DNA of 64,000 bases from Eledone cirrhosa. Taxonomy: Eukaryota. The notes under the pieces were generated by a model that made no database searches, had not been told where the DNA came from, and was given only the letters and a program-made list of their open reading frames with translations. Both the position numbers and the translations under genes were made by a program. Below are positions 11,701 through 24,289 of the stretch, piece by piece (the first letter of the stretch is position 1; each line of letters starts with the position of its first letter). The DNA lies in the NCBI GenBank assembly GCA_964016885.1, contig OZ024740.1:435922001-435986000 (forward strand), written 5' to 3'.

Positions 11701-14700
11701 TTTATCTCTGAAGACCTTCTGCTGTCCAGCTCTCCTCAGAGTTTATCTCTGAAGACCTTCTGTTGTCCAGCTCTCCTCAGAGTTTATCTCTGAAGACGTG
11801 CTGTCCAGCTCTCCTCAGAGTTTATCTCTGAAGACCTGCTGTCCAGCTCCCCTCAGAGTTTATCTCTGAAGACCTGCTGTCCAGCTCCCCTCAGAGTTTA
11901 TCTCTGAAGACCTGCTGTTCTTCACTCCTCAGAGTTTATCTCTGAAGACATTCTGCTGTCCAGCTCTCAGAGTTTATCTCTGAAGACCTTCTGTTGTCCA
12001 GCTCTCCTCAGAGTTTATCTCTGAAGACGTGCTGTCCAGCTCTCCTCAGAGTTTATCTCTGAAGACCTTCTGCTGTCCAGCTCCCCTCAGAGTTTATCTC
12101 TGAAGACGTGCTGTCCAGCTCTCCTCAGAGTTTATCTCTGAAGACCTGCTGTCCAGCTCTCCTCAGAGTTTATCTCTGAAGACCTGCTGTCCAGCTCTCC
12201 TCAGAGTTTATCTCTGAAGACCTTCTGCTGTCCAGCTCCCCTCAGAGTTTATCTCTGAAGACCTGCTGTCCAGCTCTCCTCAGAGTTTATCTCTGAAAAC
12301 CTTCTGCTGTCCAGCTCTCCTCAGAGTTTATGTCTGAAGACCTGCTGTCCAGCTCTCCTAAGAGTTTATCTCTGAAGACCTGCTGTCCAGCTCTCCTCAG
12401 AGTTTATCTCTCAAGACCTGCTGTCCAGCTCTCCTCAGCGTTTATCTCTGAAGACCTTCTGCTGTCCAGCTCTCCTCAGAGTTTATCTCTGAAGACCTGC
12501 TGTCCAGCTCTCCTCAGAGTTTATCTCTGAAGACCTGCTGTCCAGCTCTCCTCAGAGTTTATCTCTGAAGGCCTGCTGTCCAGCTCTCCTCAGAGTTTAT
12601 CTCTGAAGAGCTGCTGTCCAGCTCTCCTCAGAGTTTATCTCTGAAGACCTTCTGCTGTCCAGCTCTCAGAGTTTATCTCTGAAGACCTGCTGCCCAGCAC
12701 TCCTCAGAGTTTATCTCTGAAGACCTGCTGTCCAGCTCTCCTCAGAGTTTATCTCTGAAGACCTGCTGTCCAGCTCTCCTCAGAGTTTATCTCTGAAGGC
12801 CTTCTGCTGTCCAGCTCTCTTCAGAGTTTATCTCTGAAGGCCTTCTGCTGTCCAGCTCTCCTCAGAGATTATCTCTGAAGACCTGCTGTCCAGCTCTCCT
12901 CAGAGTTTATCTCTTAAGGCCTTCTGCTGTTCAGCTCTCCTCAGAGTTTATCTCTGAAGACATGCTGTCCAGCTCTCCTCAGAGTTTATCTCTGAAGACC
13001 TTCTGTTGTCCAGCGCTCCTCAGAGTTTGTCTCTGAAGACCTGCTGTCCAGCTCTCGTCAGAGTTTATCTCTGAAGACTTTCTGCTGTCCAGCTCTCCTC
13101 AGAGTTTATCTCTGAAGACCTTCTGCTGTCCAGCTCTCCTCAGAGTTTATCTCTGAAGACCTTCTGCTGTCCAGCTCTCCTCAGAGTTTATCTGTGAAGA
13201 CCTGCTGTCCAGCACTCCTCAGAGTTTATCTCTGAAGACCTGCTGTCCATCTCTCCTCAGAGTTTATCTCTGAAGACCTGCTGTCCAGCTCTCCTCAGAG
13301 TTTATCTCTGAAGGCCTGCTGTCCAGCTCTCCTCAGAGTTTATCTCTGAAGAGCTGCTGTCCAGCTCTCCTCAGAGTTTATCTCTGAAGACCTTCTGCTG
13401 TCCAGCTCTCAGAGTTTATCTCTGAAGACCTGCTGCCCAGCACTCCTCAGAGTTTATCTCTGAAGACCTGCTGTCCAGCTCTCCTCAGAGTTTATCTCTG
13501 AAGACCTGCTGTCCAGCTCTCCTCAGAGTTTATCTCTGAAGGCCTTCTGCTGTCCAGCTCTCCTCAGAGTTTATCTCTGAAGACCTTCTGCTGTCCAGCT
13601 CTCCTCAGAGTTTATCTCTGAAGACCTTCTGCTGTCCAGCTCTCCTCAGAGTTTATCTGTGAAGACCTGCTGTCCAGCACTCCTCAGAGTTTATCTCTGA
13701 AGACCTGCTGTCCAGCTCTCCTCAGAGTTTATCTCTGAAGACCTGCTGTCCAGCTCTCCTCAGAGTTTATCTCTGAAGACCTGCTGTCCAGCTCTTCTCA
13801 GAGTTTATCTCTGAAGACCTGCTGTCCAGCTCTCGTCAGAGTTTATTTCTGAAGACCTTCTGTTGTCTAGCTCTCCTCAGAGTTTATCTCTGAAGACCTG
13901 CTGTCCAGCTCTCCTCAGAGTTTATCTCTGAAGACCTGCTCTCCAGCTCTTCTCAGAGTTTGTCTCTGAAGACCTGCTGTCCAGCTCTCGTCAGAGTTTA
14001 TCTCTGAAGACCTTCTGTTGTCCAGCTCTCCTCAGAGTTTATCTCTGAAGACCTGCTGTCCAGCTCTCCTCAGAGTTTATCTCTGAAGACCTGCTGTCCA
14101 GCTCTCCTCAGAGTTTATCTCTGAAGGCCTTCTGCTGTCCAGCTCTCCTCAGAGTTTATCTCTGAAGGCCTTCTGCTGTCCGGCTCTCCTCAGAGTTTAT
14201 CTCTGAAGGCCTTCTGCTGTCCAGCTCTCCTCAGAGATTATCTCTGAAGACCTGCTGTCCAGCTCTCCTCAGAGTTTATCTCTGAAGGCCTTCTGCTGTC
14301 CAGCTCTCCTCAGAGTTTATCTCTTAAGGCCTTCTGCTGTTCAGCTCTCCTCAGAGTTTATCTCTGAAGACATGCTGTCCAGCTCTCCTCAGAGTTTATC
14401 TCTGAAGACCTTCTGTTGTCCAGCGCTCCTCAGAGTTTGTCTCTGAAGACCTGCTGTCCAGCTCTCGTCAGAGTTTATCTCTGAAGACCTTCTGTTGTGC
14501 AGCTCTCCTCAGAGTTTATCTCTGAAGAGCTGCTGTCCAGCTCTTCTCAGAGTTTATCTCTGAAGACCTTCTGTTGTCCAGATCTCCTCAGAGTTTATCT
14601 CTGAAGACCTTCTGCTGTCCAGCTCTCCTCAGAGTTTATCTCTGAAGACCTTCTGTTGTCCAGCTCTCCTCAGAGTTTATCTCTGAAGACGTGCTGTCCA

Positions 14701-17700
14701 GCTCTCCTCAGAGTTTATCTCTGAAGACCTGCTGTCCAGCTCTCCTCAGAGTTTATCTCTGAAGACCTTCTGCTGTCCAGCTCCCCTCAGAGTTTATCTC
14801 TGAAGACCTGCTGTCCAGCTCCCCTCAGAGTTTATCTCTGAAGACCTGCTGTCCTTCACTCCTCAGAGTTTATCTCTGAAGACATTCTGCTGTCCAGCTC
14901 TCAGAGTTTATCTCTGAAGACCTTCTGTTGTCCAGCTCTCCTCAGAGTTTATCTCTGAAGACGTGCTGTCCAGCTCTCCTCAGAGTTTATCTCTGAAGAC
15001 CTGCTGTCCAGCTCTCCTCAGAGTTTATCTCTGAAGACCTGCTGTCCAGCTCTCCTCAGAGTTTATCTCTGAAGACCTTCTGCTGTCCAGCTCTCCTCAG
15101 AGTTTATGTCTGAAGACCTGCTGTCCAGCTCGCCTAAGAGTTTATCTCTGAAAACCTTCTGCTGTCCAGCTCTCCTCAGAGTTTATCTCTGAAGACCTGC
15201 TGTCCAGCTCTCCTCAGAGTTTATCTCTGAAAACCTTCTGTTGTCCAGCTCTCCTCAGAGTTTATGTCTGAAGACCTGCTGTCCAGCTCTCCTAAGAGTT
15301 TATCTCTGAAGACCTGCTGTCCAGCTCTCCTCAGAGTTTATCTCTCAAGACCTGCTGTCCAGCTCTCCTCAGCGTTTATCTCTGAAGACCTTCTGCTGTC
15401 CAGCTCTCCTCAGAGTTTATCTCTGAAGACCTGCTGTCCAGCTCTCCTCAGAGATTATCTCTGAAGACCTGCTGTCCAGCTCTCCTCAGAGTTTATCTCT
15501 GAAGGCCTGCTGTCCAGCTCTCCTCAGAGTTTATCTCTGAAGAGCTGCTGTCCAGCTCTCCTCAGAGTTTATCTCTGAAGACCTTCTGCTGTCCAGCTCT
15601 CAGAGTTTATCTCTGAAGACCTGCTGTCCATCTCTCCTCAGAGTTTATATCTGAAGACCTGCTGTCCATCTCTCCTCAGAGTTTATCTCTGAAGACCTGC
15701 TGTCCAGCACTCCTCAGAGTTTATCTCTGAAGACCTGCTGCCCAGCACTCCTCAGAGTTTATCTCTGAAGACCTGCTGTCCAGCTCTCCTCAGAGTTTAT
15801 CTCTGAAGACCTGCTGTCCAGCTCTCCTCAGAGTTTATCTCTGAAGGCCTTCTGCTGTCCAGCTCTCCTCAGAGTTTATCTCTGAAGACCTTCTGCTGTC
15901 CAGCTCTCCTCAGAGTTTATCTCTGAAGACCTTCTGCTGTCCAGCTCTCCTCAGAGTTTATCTGTGAAGACCTGCTGTCCAGCACTCCTCAGAGTTTATC
16001 TCTGAAGACCTGCTGTCCATCTCTCCTCAGAGTTTATCTCTGAAGACCTTCTGTTGTCCAACTCTCCTCAGAGTTTATCTCTGAAGACCTGCTGTCCAGC
16101 TCTACTCAGAGTTTATCTCTGAAGACCTGCTGTCCATCTCTCCTCAGAGTTTATCTCTGAAGACCTGCTGTCCAGCTCTCCTCAGAGTTTATCTCTGAAG
16201 ACCTGCTGTCCAGCTCTCCTCAGAGTTTATCTCTGAAGACCTGCTGTCCAGCTCTCCTCAGAGTTTATCTCTGAAGACCTGCTGTCCAGCCCTCCTCAGA
16301 GTTTATCTCTGAAGGCCTTCTGCTGTCCAGCTCTCCTCACGGTTTATCTCTGAAGACCTGCTGTCCAGCTCTCCTCAGAGTTTATCTCTGAAGACCTGCT
16401 ATCCAGCTCTCCTCAGAGTTTATCTCTGAAGGCCATCTGCTGTCCAGCTCTCCTCAGAGTTTATCTCTGAAGACCTGCTGTCTAGCTCTCCTCAGAGTTT
16501 ATCTCTGAAGACCTGCTGTCCAGCTCTTCTCAGAGTTTATCTCTGAAGACATGCTGTCCAGCTCTCCTCAGAGTTTGTCTCTGAAGACCTGCTGTCCAGC
16601 TCTCCTCAGAGTTTATCTCTGAAGACCTGCTGTCCAGCTCTCAGAGTTTATCTCTGAAGACCTGCTGTCCAGCTCTCCTCAGAGTTTATCTCTGAAGACC
16701 TTCTGTTGTCCAGCACTCCTCAGAGTTTATCTCTGAAGAGCTGCTGTCCAGCTCTCCTCAGAGTTTATCTCTGAAGACCTGCAGTCCAGCACTCCTCAGA
16801 GTTTATCTCTGAAGACCTGCTGTCCAGCTCTCCTCAGAGTTTATCTCTGAAGACCTGCTGTCCAGCACTCCTCAGAGTTTATCTCTGAAGACATGCTCTC
16901 CACCTCTCCTCAGAGTTTATCTCTGAAGACCTTCTGTTGTCCAGCTCTCCTCATAGTTTATCTCTGAAGAACTTCTGCTGTCCAGCTCTTTTCAGAGTTT
17001 ATCTCTGAAGACCTTCTGCTGTCCAGCTCTCCTCAGAGCTTATCTCTGAAGACCTGCTGTCCAACTCTCCTCAGAGTTTATCTCTGAAGACCTGCTGTCC
17101 AGCTCTCCTCAGAGTTTATCTCTGAAGACCTGCTGTCCATCTCTCCTCAGAGTTTATCTCTGAAGACCTGCTGTCCAGCTCTCCTCAGAGTTTATCTCTG
17201 AAGACCAGCTGTCCAGCACTCCTCAGAGTTTATCTCTGAAGAACAGCTGTCCATCTCTCCTCAGAGTTTATCTCTGAAGACCTTCTGCTGTCCAGCTCTC
17301 CTCAGAATTTATCTCTGAAGACCTGCTGTCCAGCTCTCCTCAAAGTTTATCTCTGAAGACCTGCTGTCCAGCTCTCCTCAGAGTTTATCTCTGAAGACCT
17401 GCTGTCCAGCCCTCCTCAGAGTTTATCTCTGAAGACCTGCTGTCCATCTCTCCTCAGAGTTTATCTCTGAAGACCTGTTGTCCAGCACTCCTCAGAGTTT
17501 ATCTCTGAAGAGCTGCTGTCCAGCTCTCCTCAGAGTTTATCTCTGAAGACCTGCTGTCCAGCTCTGCTCAGAGTTTATCTCTGAAGGCCTGCTGTCCAGC
17601 TCTCCTCAGAGTTTATCTCTGAAGAGCTGCTGTCCAGCTCTCCTCAGAGTTTATCTCTGAAGACCTTCTGCTGTCCAGCTCTCAGAGTTTATCTCTGAAG

Positions 17701-20700
17701 ACCTGCTGCCCAGCACTCCTCAGAGTTTATCTCTGAAGACCTGCTGTCCAGCTCTCCTCAGAGTTTATCTCTGAAGACCTGCTGTCCAGCTCTCCTCAGA
17801 GTTTATCTCTGAAGGCCTTTTGCTGTCCAGCTCTCCTCAGAGTTTATCTCTGAAGACCTTCTGCTGTCCAGCTCTCCTCAGAGTTTATCTCTGAAGACCT
17901 TCTGCTGTCCAGCTCTCCTCAGAGTTTATCTGTGAAGACCTGCTGTCCAGCACTCCTCAGAGTTTATCTCTGAAGACCTGCTGTCCATCTCTCCTCAGAG
18001 TTTATCTCTGAAGACCTTCTGTTGTCCAACTCTCCTCAGAGTTTATCTCTGAAGACCTGCTGTCCAGCTCTACTCAGAGTTTATCTCTGAAGACCTGCTG
18101 TCCAGCTCTCCTCAGAGTTTATCTCTGAAGACCTGCTGTCCAGCTCTCCTCAGAGTTTATCTCTGAAGACCTGCTGTCCAGCTCTCCTCAGAGTTTATCT
18201 CTGAAGACCTGCTGTCCAGCTCTTCTCAGAGTTTATCTCTGAAGACCTGCTGTCCAGCTCTCGTCAGAGTTTATTTCTGAAGACCTTCTGTTGTCTAGCT
18301 CTCCTCAGAGTTTATCTCTGAAGACCTGCTGTCCAGCTCTCCTCAGAGTTTATCTCTGAAGACCTGCTCTCCAGCTCTTCTCAGAGTTTGTCTCTGAAGA
18401 CCTGCTGTCCAGCTCTCGTCAGAGTTTATCTCTGAAGACCTTCTGTTGTCCAGCTCTCCTCAGAGTTTATCTCTGAAGACCTGCTGTCCAGCTCTCCTCA
18501 GAGTTTATCTCTGAAGACCTGCTGTCCAGCTCTCCTCAGAGTTTATCTCTGAAGGCCTTCTGCTGTCCAGCTCTCCTCAGAGTTTATCTCTGAAGGCCTT
18601 CTGCTGTCCGGCTCTCCTCAGAGTTTATCTCTGAAGGCCTTCTGCTGTCCAGCTCTCCTCAGAGATTATCTCTGAAGACCTGCTGTCCAGCTCTCCTCAG
18701 AGTTTATCTCTGAAGGCCTTCTGCTGTCCAGCTCTCCTCAGAGTTCATCTCTTAAGGCCTTCTGCTGTTCAGCTCTCCTCAGAGTTTATCTCTGAAGACA
18801 TGCTGTCCAGCTCTCCTCAGAGTTTATCTCTGAAGACCTTCTGTTGTCCAGCGCTCCTCAGAGTTTGTCTCTGAAGACCTGCTGTCCAGCTCTCGTCAGA
18901 GTTTATCTCTGAAGACCTTCTGTTGTGCAGCTCTCCTCAGAGTTTATCTCTGAAGAGCTGCTGTCCAGCTCTTCTCAGAGTTTATCTCTGAAGACCTTCT
19001 GTTGTCCAGATCTCCTCAGAGTTTATCTCTGAAGACCTTCTGCTGTCCAGCTCTCCTCAGAGTTTATCTCTGAAGACCTTCTGTTGTCCAGCTCTCCTCA
19101 GAGTTTATCTCTGAAGACGTGCTGTCCAGCTCTCCTCAGAGTTTATCTCTGAAGACCTGCTGTCCAGCTCTCCTCAGAGTTTATCTCTGAAGACCTTCTG
19201 CTGTCCAGCTCCCCTCAGAGTTTATCTCTGAAGACCTGCTGTCCAGCTCCCCTCAGAGTTTATCTCTGAAGACCTGCTGTCCTTCACTCCTCAGAGTTTA
19301 TCTCTGAAGACATTCTGCTGTCCAGCTCTCAGAGTTTATCTCTGAAGACCTTCTGTTGTCCAGCTCTCCTCAGAGTTTATCTCTGAAGACGTGCTGTCCA
19401 GCTCTCCTCAGAGTTTATCTCTGAAGACCTGCTGTCCAGCTCTCCTCAGAGTTTATCTCTGAAGACCTGCTGTCCAGCTCTCCTCAGAGTTTATCTCTGA
19501 AGACCTTCTGCTGTCCAGCTCTCCTCAGAGTTTATGTCTGAAGACCTGCTGTCCAGCTCGCCTAAGAGTTTATCTCTGAAAACCTTCTGCTGTCCAGCTC
19601 TCCTCAGAGTTTATCTCTGAAGACCTGCTGTCCAGCTCTCCTCAGAGTTTATCTCTGAAAACCTTCTGTTGTCCAGCTCTCCTCAGAGTTTATGTCTGAA
19701 GACCTGCTGTCCAGCTCTCCTAAGAGTTTATCTCTGAAGACCTGCTGTCCAGCTCTCCTCAGAGTTTATCTCTCAAGACCTGCTGTCCAGCTCTCCTCAG
19801 CGTTTATCTCTGAAGACCTTCTGCTGTCCAGCTCTCCTCAGAGTTTATCTCTGAAGACCTGCTGTCCAGCTCTCCTCAGAGATTATCTCTGAAGACCTGC
19901 TGTCCAGCTCTCCTCAGAGTTTATCTCTGAAGGCCTGCTGTCCAGCTCTCCTCAGAGTTTATCTCTGAAGAGCTGCTGTCCAGCTCTCCTCAGAGTTTAT
20001 CTCTGAAGACCTTCTGCTGTCCAGCTCTCAGAGTTTATCTCTGAAGACCTGCTGTCCATCTCTCCTCAGAGTTTATATCTGAAGACCTGCTGTCCATCTC
20101 TCCTCAGAGTTTATCTCTGAAGACCTGCTGTCCAGCACTCCTCAGAGTTTATCTCTGAAGACCTGCTGCCCAGCACTCCTCAGAGTTTATCTCTGAAGAC
20201 CTGCTGTCCAGCTCTCCTCAGAGTTTATCTCTGAAGACCTGCTGTCCAGCTCTCCTCAGAGTTTATCTCTGAAGGCCTTCTGCTGTCCAGCTCTCCTCAG
20301 AGTTTATCTCTGAAGACCTTCTGCTGTCCAGCTCTCCTCAGAGTTTATCTCTGAAGACCTTCTGCTGTCCAGCTCTCCTCAGAGTTTATCTGTGAAGACC
20401 TGCTGTCCAGCACTCCTCAGAGTTTATCTCTGAAGACCTGCTGTCCATCTCTCCTCAGAGTTTATCTCTGAAGACCTTCTGTTGTCCAACTCTCCTCAGA
20501 GTTTATCTCTGAAGACCTGCTGTCCAGCTCTACTCAGAGTTTATCTCTGAAGACCTGCTGTCCATCTCTCCTCAGAGTTTATCTCTGAAGACCTGCTGTC
20601 CAGCTCTCCTCAGAGTTTATCTCTGAAGACCTGCTGTCCAGCTCTCCTCAGAGTTTATCTCTGAAGACCTGCTGTCCAGCTCTCCTCAGAGTTTATCTCT

Positions 20701-23700
20701 GAAGACCTGCTGTCCAGCCCTCCTCAGAGTTTATCTCTGAAGGCCTTCTGCTGTCCAGCTCTCCTCACGGTTTATCTCTGAAGACCTGCTGTCCAGCTCT
20801 CCTCAGAGTTTATCTCTGAAGACCTGCTATCCAGCTCTCCTCAGAGTTTATCTCTGAAGGCCATCTGCTGTCCAGCTCTCCTCAGAGTTTATCTCTGAAG
20901 ACCTGCTGTCTAGCTCTCCTCAGAGTTTATCTCTGAAGACCTGCTGTCCAGCTCTTCTCAGAGTTTATCTCTGAAGACATGCTGTCCAGCTCTCCTCAGA
21001 GTTTGTCTCTGAAGACCTGCTGTCCAGCTCTCCTCAGAGTTTATCTCTGAAGACCTGCTGTCCAGCTCTCAGAGTTTATCTCTGAAGACCTGCTGTCCAG
21101 CTCTCCTCAGAGTTTATCTCTGAAGACCTTCTGTTGTCCAGCACTCCTCAGAGTTTATCTCTGAAGAGCTGCTGTCCAGCTCTCCTCAGAGTTTATCTCT
21201 GAAGACCTGCAGTCCAGCACTCCTCAGAGTTTATCTCTGAAGACCTGCTGTCCAGCTCTCCTCAGAGTTTATCTCTGAAGACCTGCTGTCCAGCACTCCT
21301 CAGAGTTTATCTCTGAAGACATGCTCTCCACCTCTCCTCAGAGTTTATCTCTGAAGACCTTCTGTTGTCCAGCTCTCCTCATAGTTTATCTCTGAAGAAC
21401 TTCTGCTGTCCAGCTCTTTTCAGAGTTTATCTCTGAAGACCTTCTGCTGTCCAGCTCTCCTCAGAGCTTATCTCTGAAGACCTGCTGTCCAACTCTCCTC
21501 AGAGTTTATCTCTGAAGACCTGCTGTCCAGCTCTCCTCAGAGTTTATCTCTGAAGACCTGCTGTCCATCTCTCCTCAGAGTTTATCTCTGAAGACCTGCT
21601 GTCCAGCTCTCCTCAGAGTTTATCTCTGAAGACCAGCTGTCCAGCACTCCTCAGAGTTTATCTCTGAAGAACAGCTGTCCATCTCTCCTCAGAGTTTATC
21701 TCTGAAGACCTTCTGCTGTCCAGCTCTCCTCAGAATTTATCTCTGAAGACCTGCTGTCCAGCTCTCCTCAAAGTTTATCTCTGAAGACCTGCTGTCCAGC
21801 TCTCCTCAGAGTTTATCTCTGAAGACCTGCTGTCCAGCCCTCCTCAGAGTTTATCTCTGAAGACCTGCTGTCCATCTCTCCTCAGAGTTTATCTCTGAAG
21901 ACCTGTTGTCCAGCACTCCTCAGAGTTTATCTCTGAAGAGCTGCTGTCCAGCTCTCCTCAGAGTTTATCACTGAAGACCTTCTGCTGTCCAGCTCTCAGA
22001 GTTTATCTCTGAAGACCTGCTGTCCAGCTCTCCTCAGAGTTTATCTCTGAAGACCTTCTGTCCAGCTCTCCTCAGAGTTTATCTCTGAATACCTGCTGTC
22101 CAGCTCTCCTCAGAGTTTATCTCTGAAGACCTGCTGTCCAGCTCTCCTCAGAGTTTATCTCTGAAGACCTGCTTTCCAGCACTCCTCAGAGTTTATCTCT
22201 GAAGACCTGCTGCCCAGCTCTCCTCAGAGTTTATCTCTGAAGACCTGCTGTCCAGTTCTCCTCAGAGTTTATCTCTGAAGGCCTTCTGCTGTCCAGCTCT
22301 CCTCAGAGTTTATCTCTGAAGACCTGCTGTCCAGCTCTCCTCAGAGTTTATCTCTGAAGACCTTCTGCTGTCCAGCTCTCCTCAGAGTTTATCTCTGAAG
22401 ACCTTCTGCTGTCCAGCTCTTCTCAGAGTTTATCTCTGAAGACCTGCTGTCCAGCACTCCTCAGAGTTTATCTCTGAAGACCTGCTGTCCATCTCTCCTC
22501 AGAGTTTATCTCTGAAGACCTTCTGTTGTCCAACTCTCCTCAGAGTTTATCTCTGAAGACCTGCTGTCCAGCACTCCTCAGAGTTTATCTCTGAAGACCT
22601 GCTGCCCAGCTCTCCTCAGAGTTTATCTCTGAAGACCTGCTGTCCAGCTCTCCTCAGAGTTTATCTCTGAAGACCTGCTGTCCAGCTCTCCTCAGAGTTT
22701 ATCTCTGAAGGCCTTCTGCTGTCCAGCTCTCCTCACGGTTTATCTCTGAAGACCTGCTGTCCAGCTCTCCTCAGAGTTTATCTCTGAAGACCTGCTATCC
22801 AGCTCTCCTCAGAGTTTATCTCTGAAGGCCATCTGCTGTCCAGCTCTCCTCAGAGTTTATCTCTGAAGACCTGCTGTCTAGCTCTCCTCAGAGTTTATCT
22901 CTGAAGACCTGCTGTCCAGCTCTTCTCAGAGTTTATCTCTGAAGACATGCTGTCCAGCTCTCCTCAGAGTTTGTCTCTGAAGACCTGCTGTCCAGCTCTC
23001 CTCAGAGTTTATCTCTGAAGACCTGCTGTCCAGCTCTCCTCAGAGTTTATCTCTGAAGACCTGCTGTCCAGCTCTCCTAAGAGTTTATCTCTGAAGACCT
23101 GCTGTCCAGCTCTCCTCAGAGTTTATGTCTGAAGACCTTCTGTTGTCCAGCACTCCTCAGAGTTTATCTCTGAAGAGCTGCTGTCCAGCTCTCCTCAGAG
23201 TTTATCTCTGAAGACCTGCAGTCCAGCTCTCCTGAGAGTTTATCTCTGAAGACCTGCTGTCCAGCTCTCCTCAGAGTTTATCTCTGAAGACCTGCTGTCC
23301 AGCTCTCCTCAGAGTTTATCTCTGAAGACATGCTGTCCAGCTCTCCTCAGAGTTTATCTCTGAAGACCTTCTGTTGTCCAGCTCTCCTCATAGTTTATCT
23401 CTGAAGACCTTCTGCTGTCCAGCTCTTTTCAGAGTTTATCTCTGAAGACCTTCTGCTGTCCCGCTCTCCTCAGAGTTTATCTCTGAAGACCTGCTGTCCA
23501 GCTCTCCTCAGAGTTTATCTCTGAAGACCTGCTGTCCAGCTCTCCTCAGAGTTTATCTCTGAAGACCTGCTGTCCATCTCTCCTCAGAGTTTATCTCTGA
23601 AGACCTGCTGTCCAGCTCTCCTCAGAGTTTATCTCTGAAGACCTGCTGTCCAGCTCTCCTCAGAGTTTATCTCTGAAGACCTGCTGTCCAGCACTCCTCA

Positions 23701-23972
23701 GAGTTTATCTCTGAAGACCTGCTGTCCAGCTCTCCTCAGAGTTTATCTCTGAAGACCTGCTGTCCAGCTCTCCTCAGAGTTTATCTCTGAAGACCTGCTG
23801 TCCAGCTCTCCTCAGAGTTTATCTCTGAAGACCTGCTGTCCAGCTCTTCTCAGAGTTTATCTCTGAAAACCTGCTGTCCAGCTCTTCTCCGAGTTTATCT
23901 CTGAAGACCTGCTTCTCCAGCTCTCTTCAGAGTTTATCTCTGAAGACCTGCTGTCTAACTCCCCTGAGAGTT
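5725..23972. repeat. 38-bp satellite (ATCTCTGAAGACCTGCTGTCCAGCTCTCCTCAGAGTTT) with 41-bp and 3-bp-deletion variants, ~470 copies, 18.2 kb
   Basis: Direct periodicity (5761 to 5799); variant units recur at fixed long offsets (1980, 4428 bp). Confidence 0.98.
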
Positions 23973-24192
23973 CTTACCACATATATCAAGTTTCTATATG
24001 CCATGTTTGTATAGCAACTTATTGTCTGACACTGAAATACTTGTTTAACCTTTCATGTTAGTCTGTAAACATTAAAACACAAATAAATAATAAACCAAAC
24101 ACAACTGTCTGTCATATATAAACAACTGTCATGGGATTACTGAAAACCTATGAAACAAATGATGGCAACCAGATACATTAGAAACTTTTATA

Positions 24193-24269
24193 TACAGGGT
24201 GTACCAAAAATATGTATACACACCTTTATTAGAATGCTGTTGAAGTGTATATACAATTGAGACACTGTA
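24193..24269. mobile_element. Possible degenerate Tc1/mariner-type MITE relic
   Basis: TA-CAGGGTGT...GTATACAC at left and GTGTATATAC...ACACTG-TA at right form an imperfect inverted repeat flanked by TA. Confidence 0.35.
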
Positions 24270-24289
24270 TCTATATATATATTAATTAT

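Noticed and set aside
12330-19892. Three near-identical 66-aa ORFs
   Set aside because: They arise from a rare ATG variant inside the satellite; useful only as duplication markers.
5725-23972. CTGAAGA (hammerhead CUGANGA core) in every 38-bp unit
   Set aside because: No GAAA box or stem II/III follows on the same strand, so a hammerhead cannot be folded.
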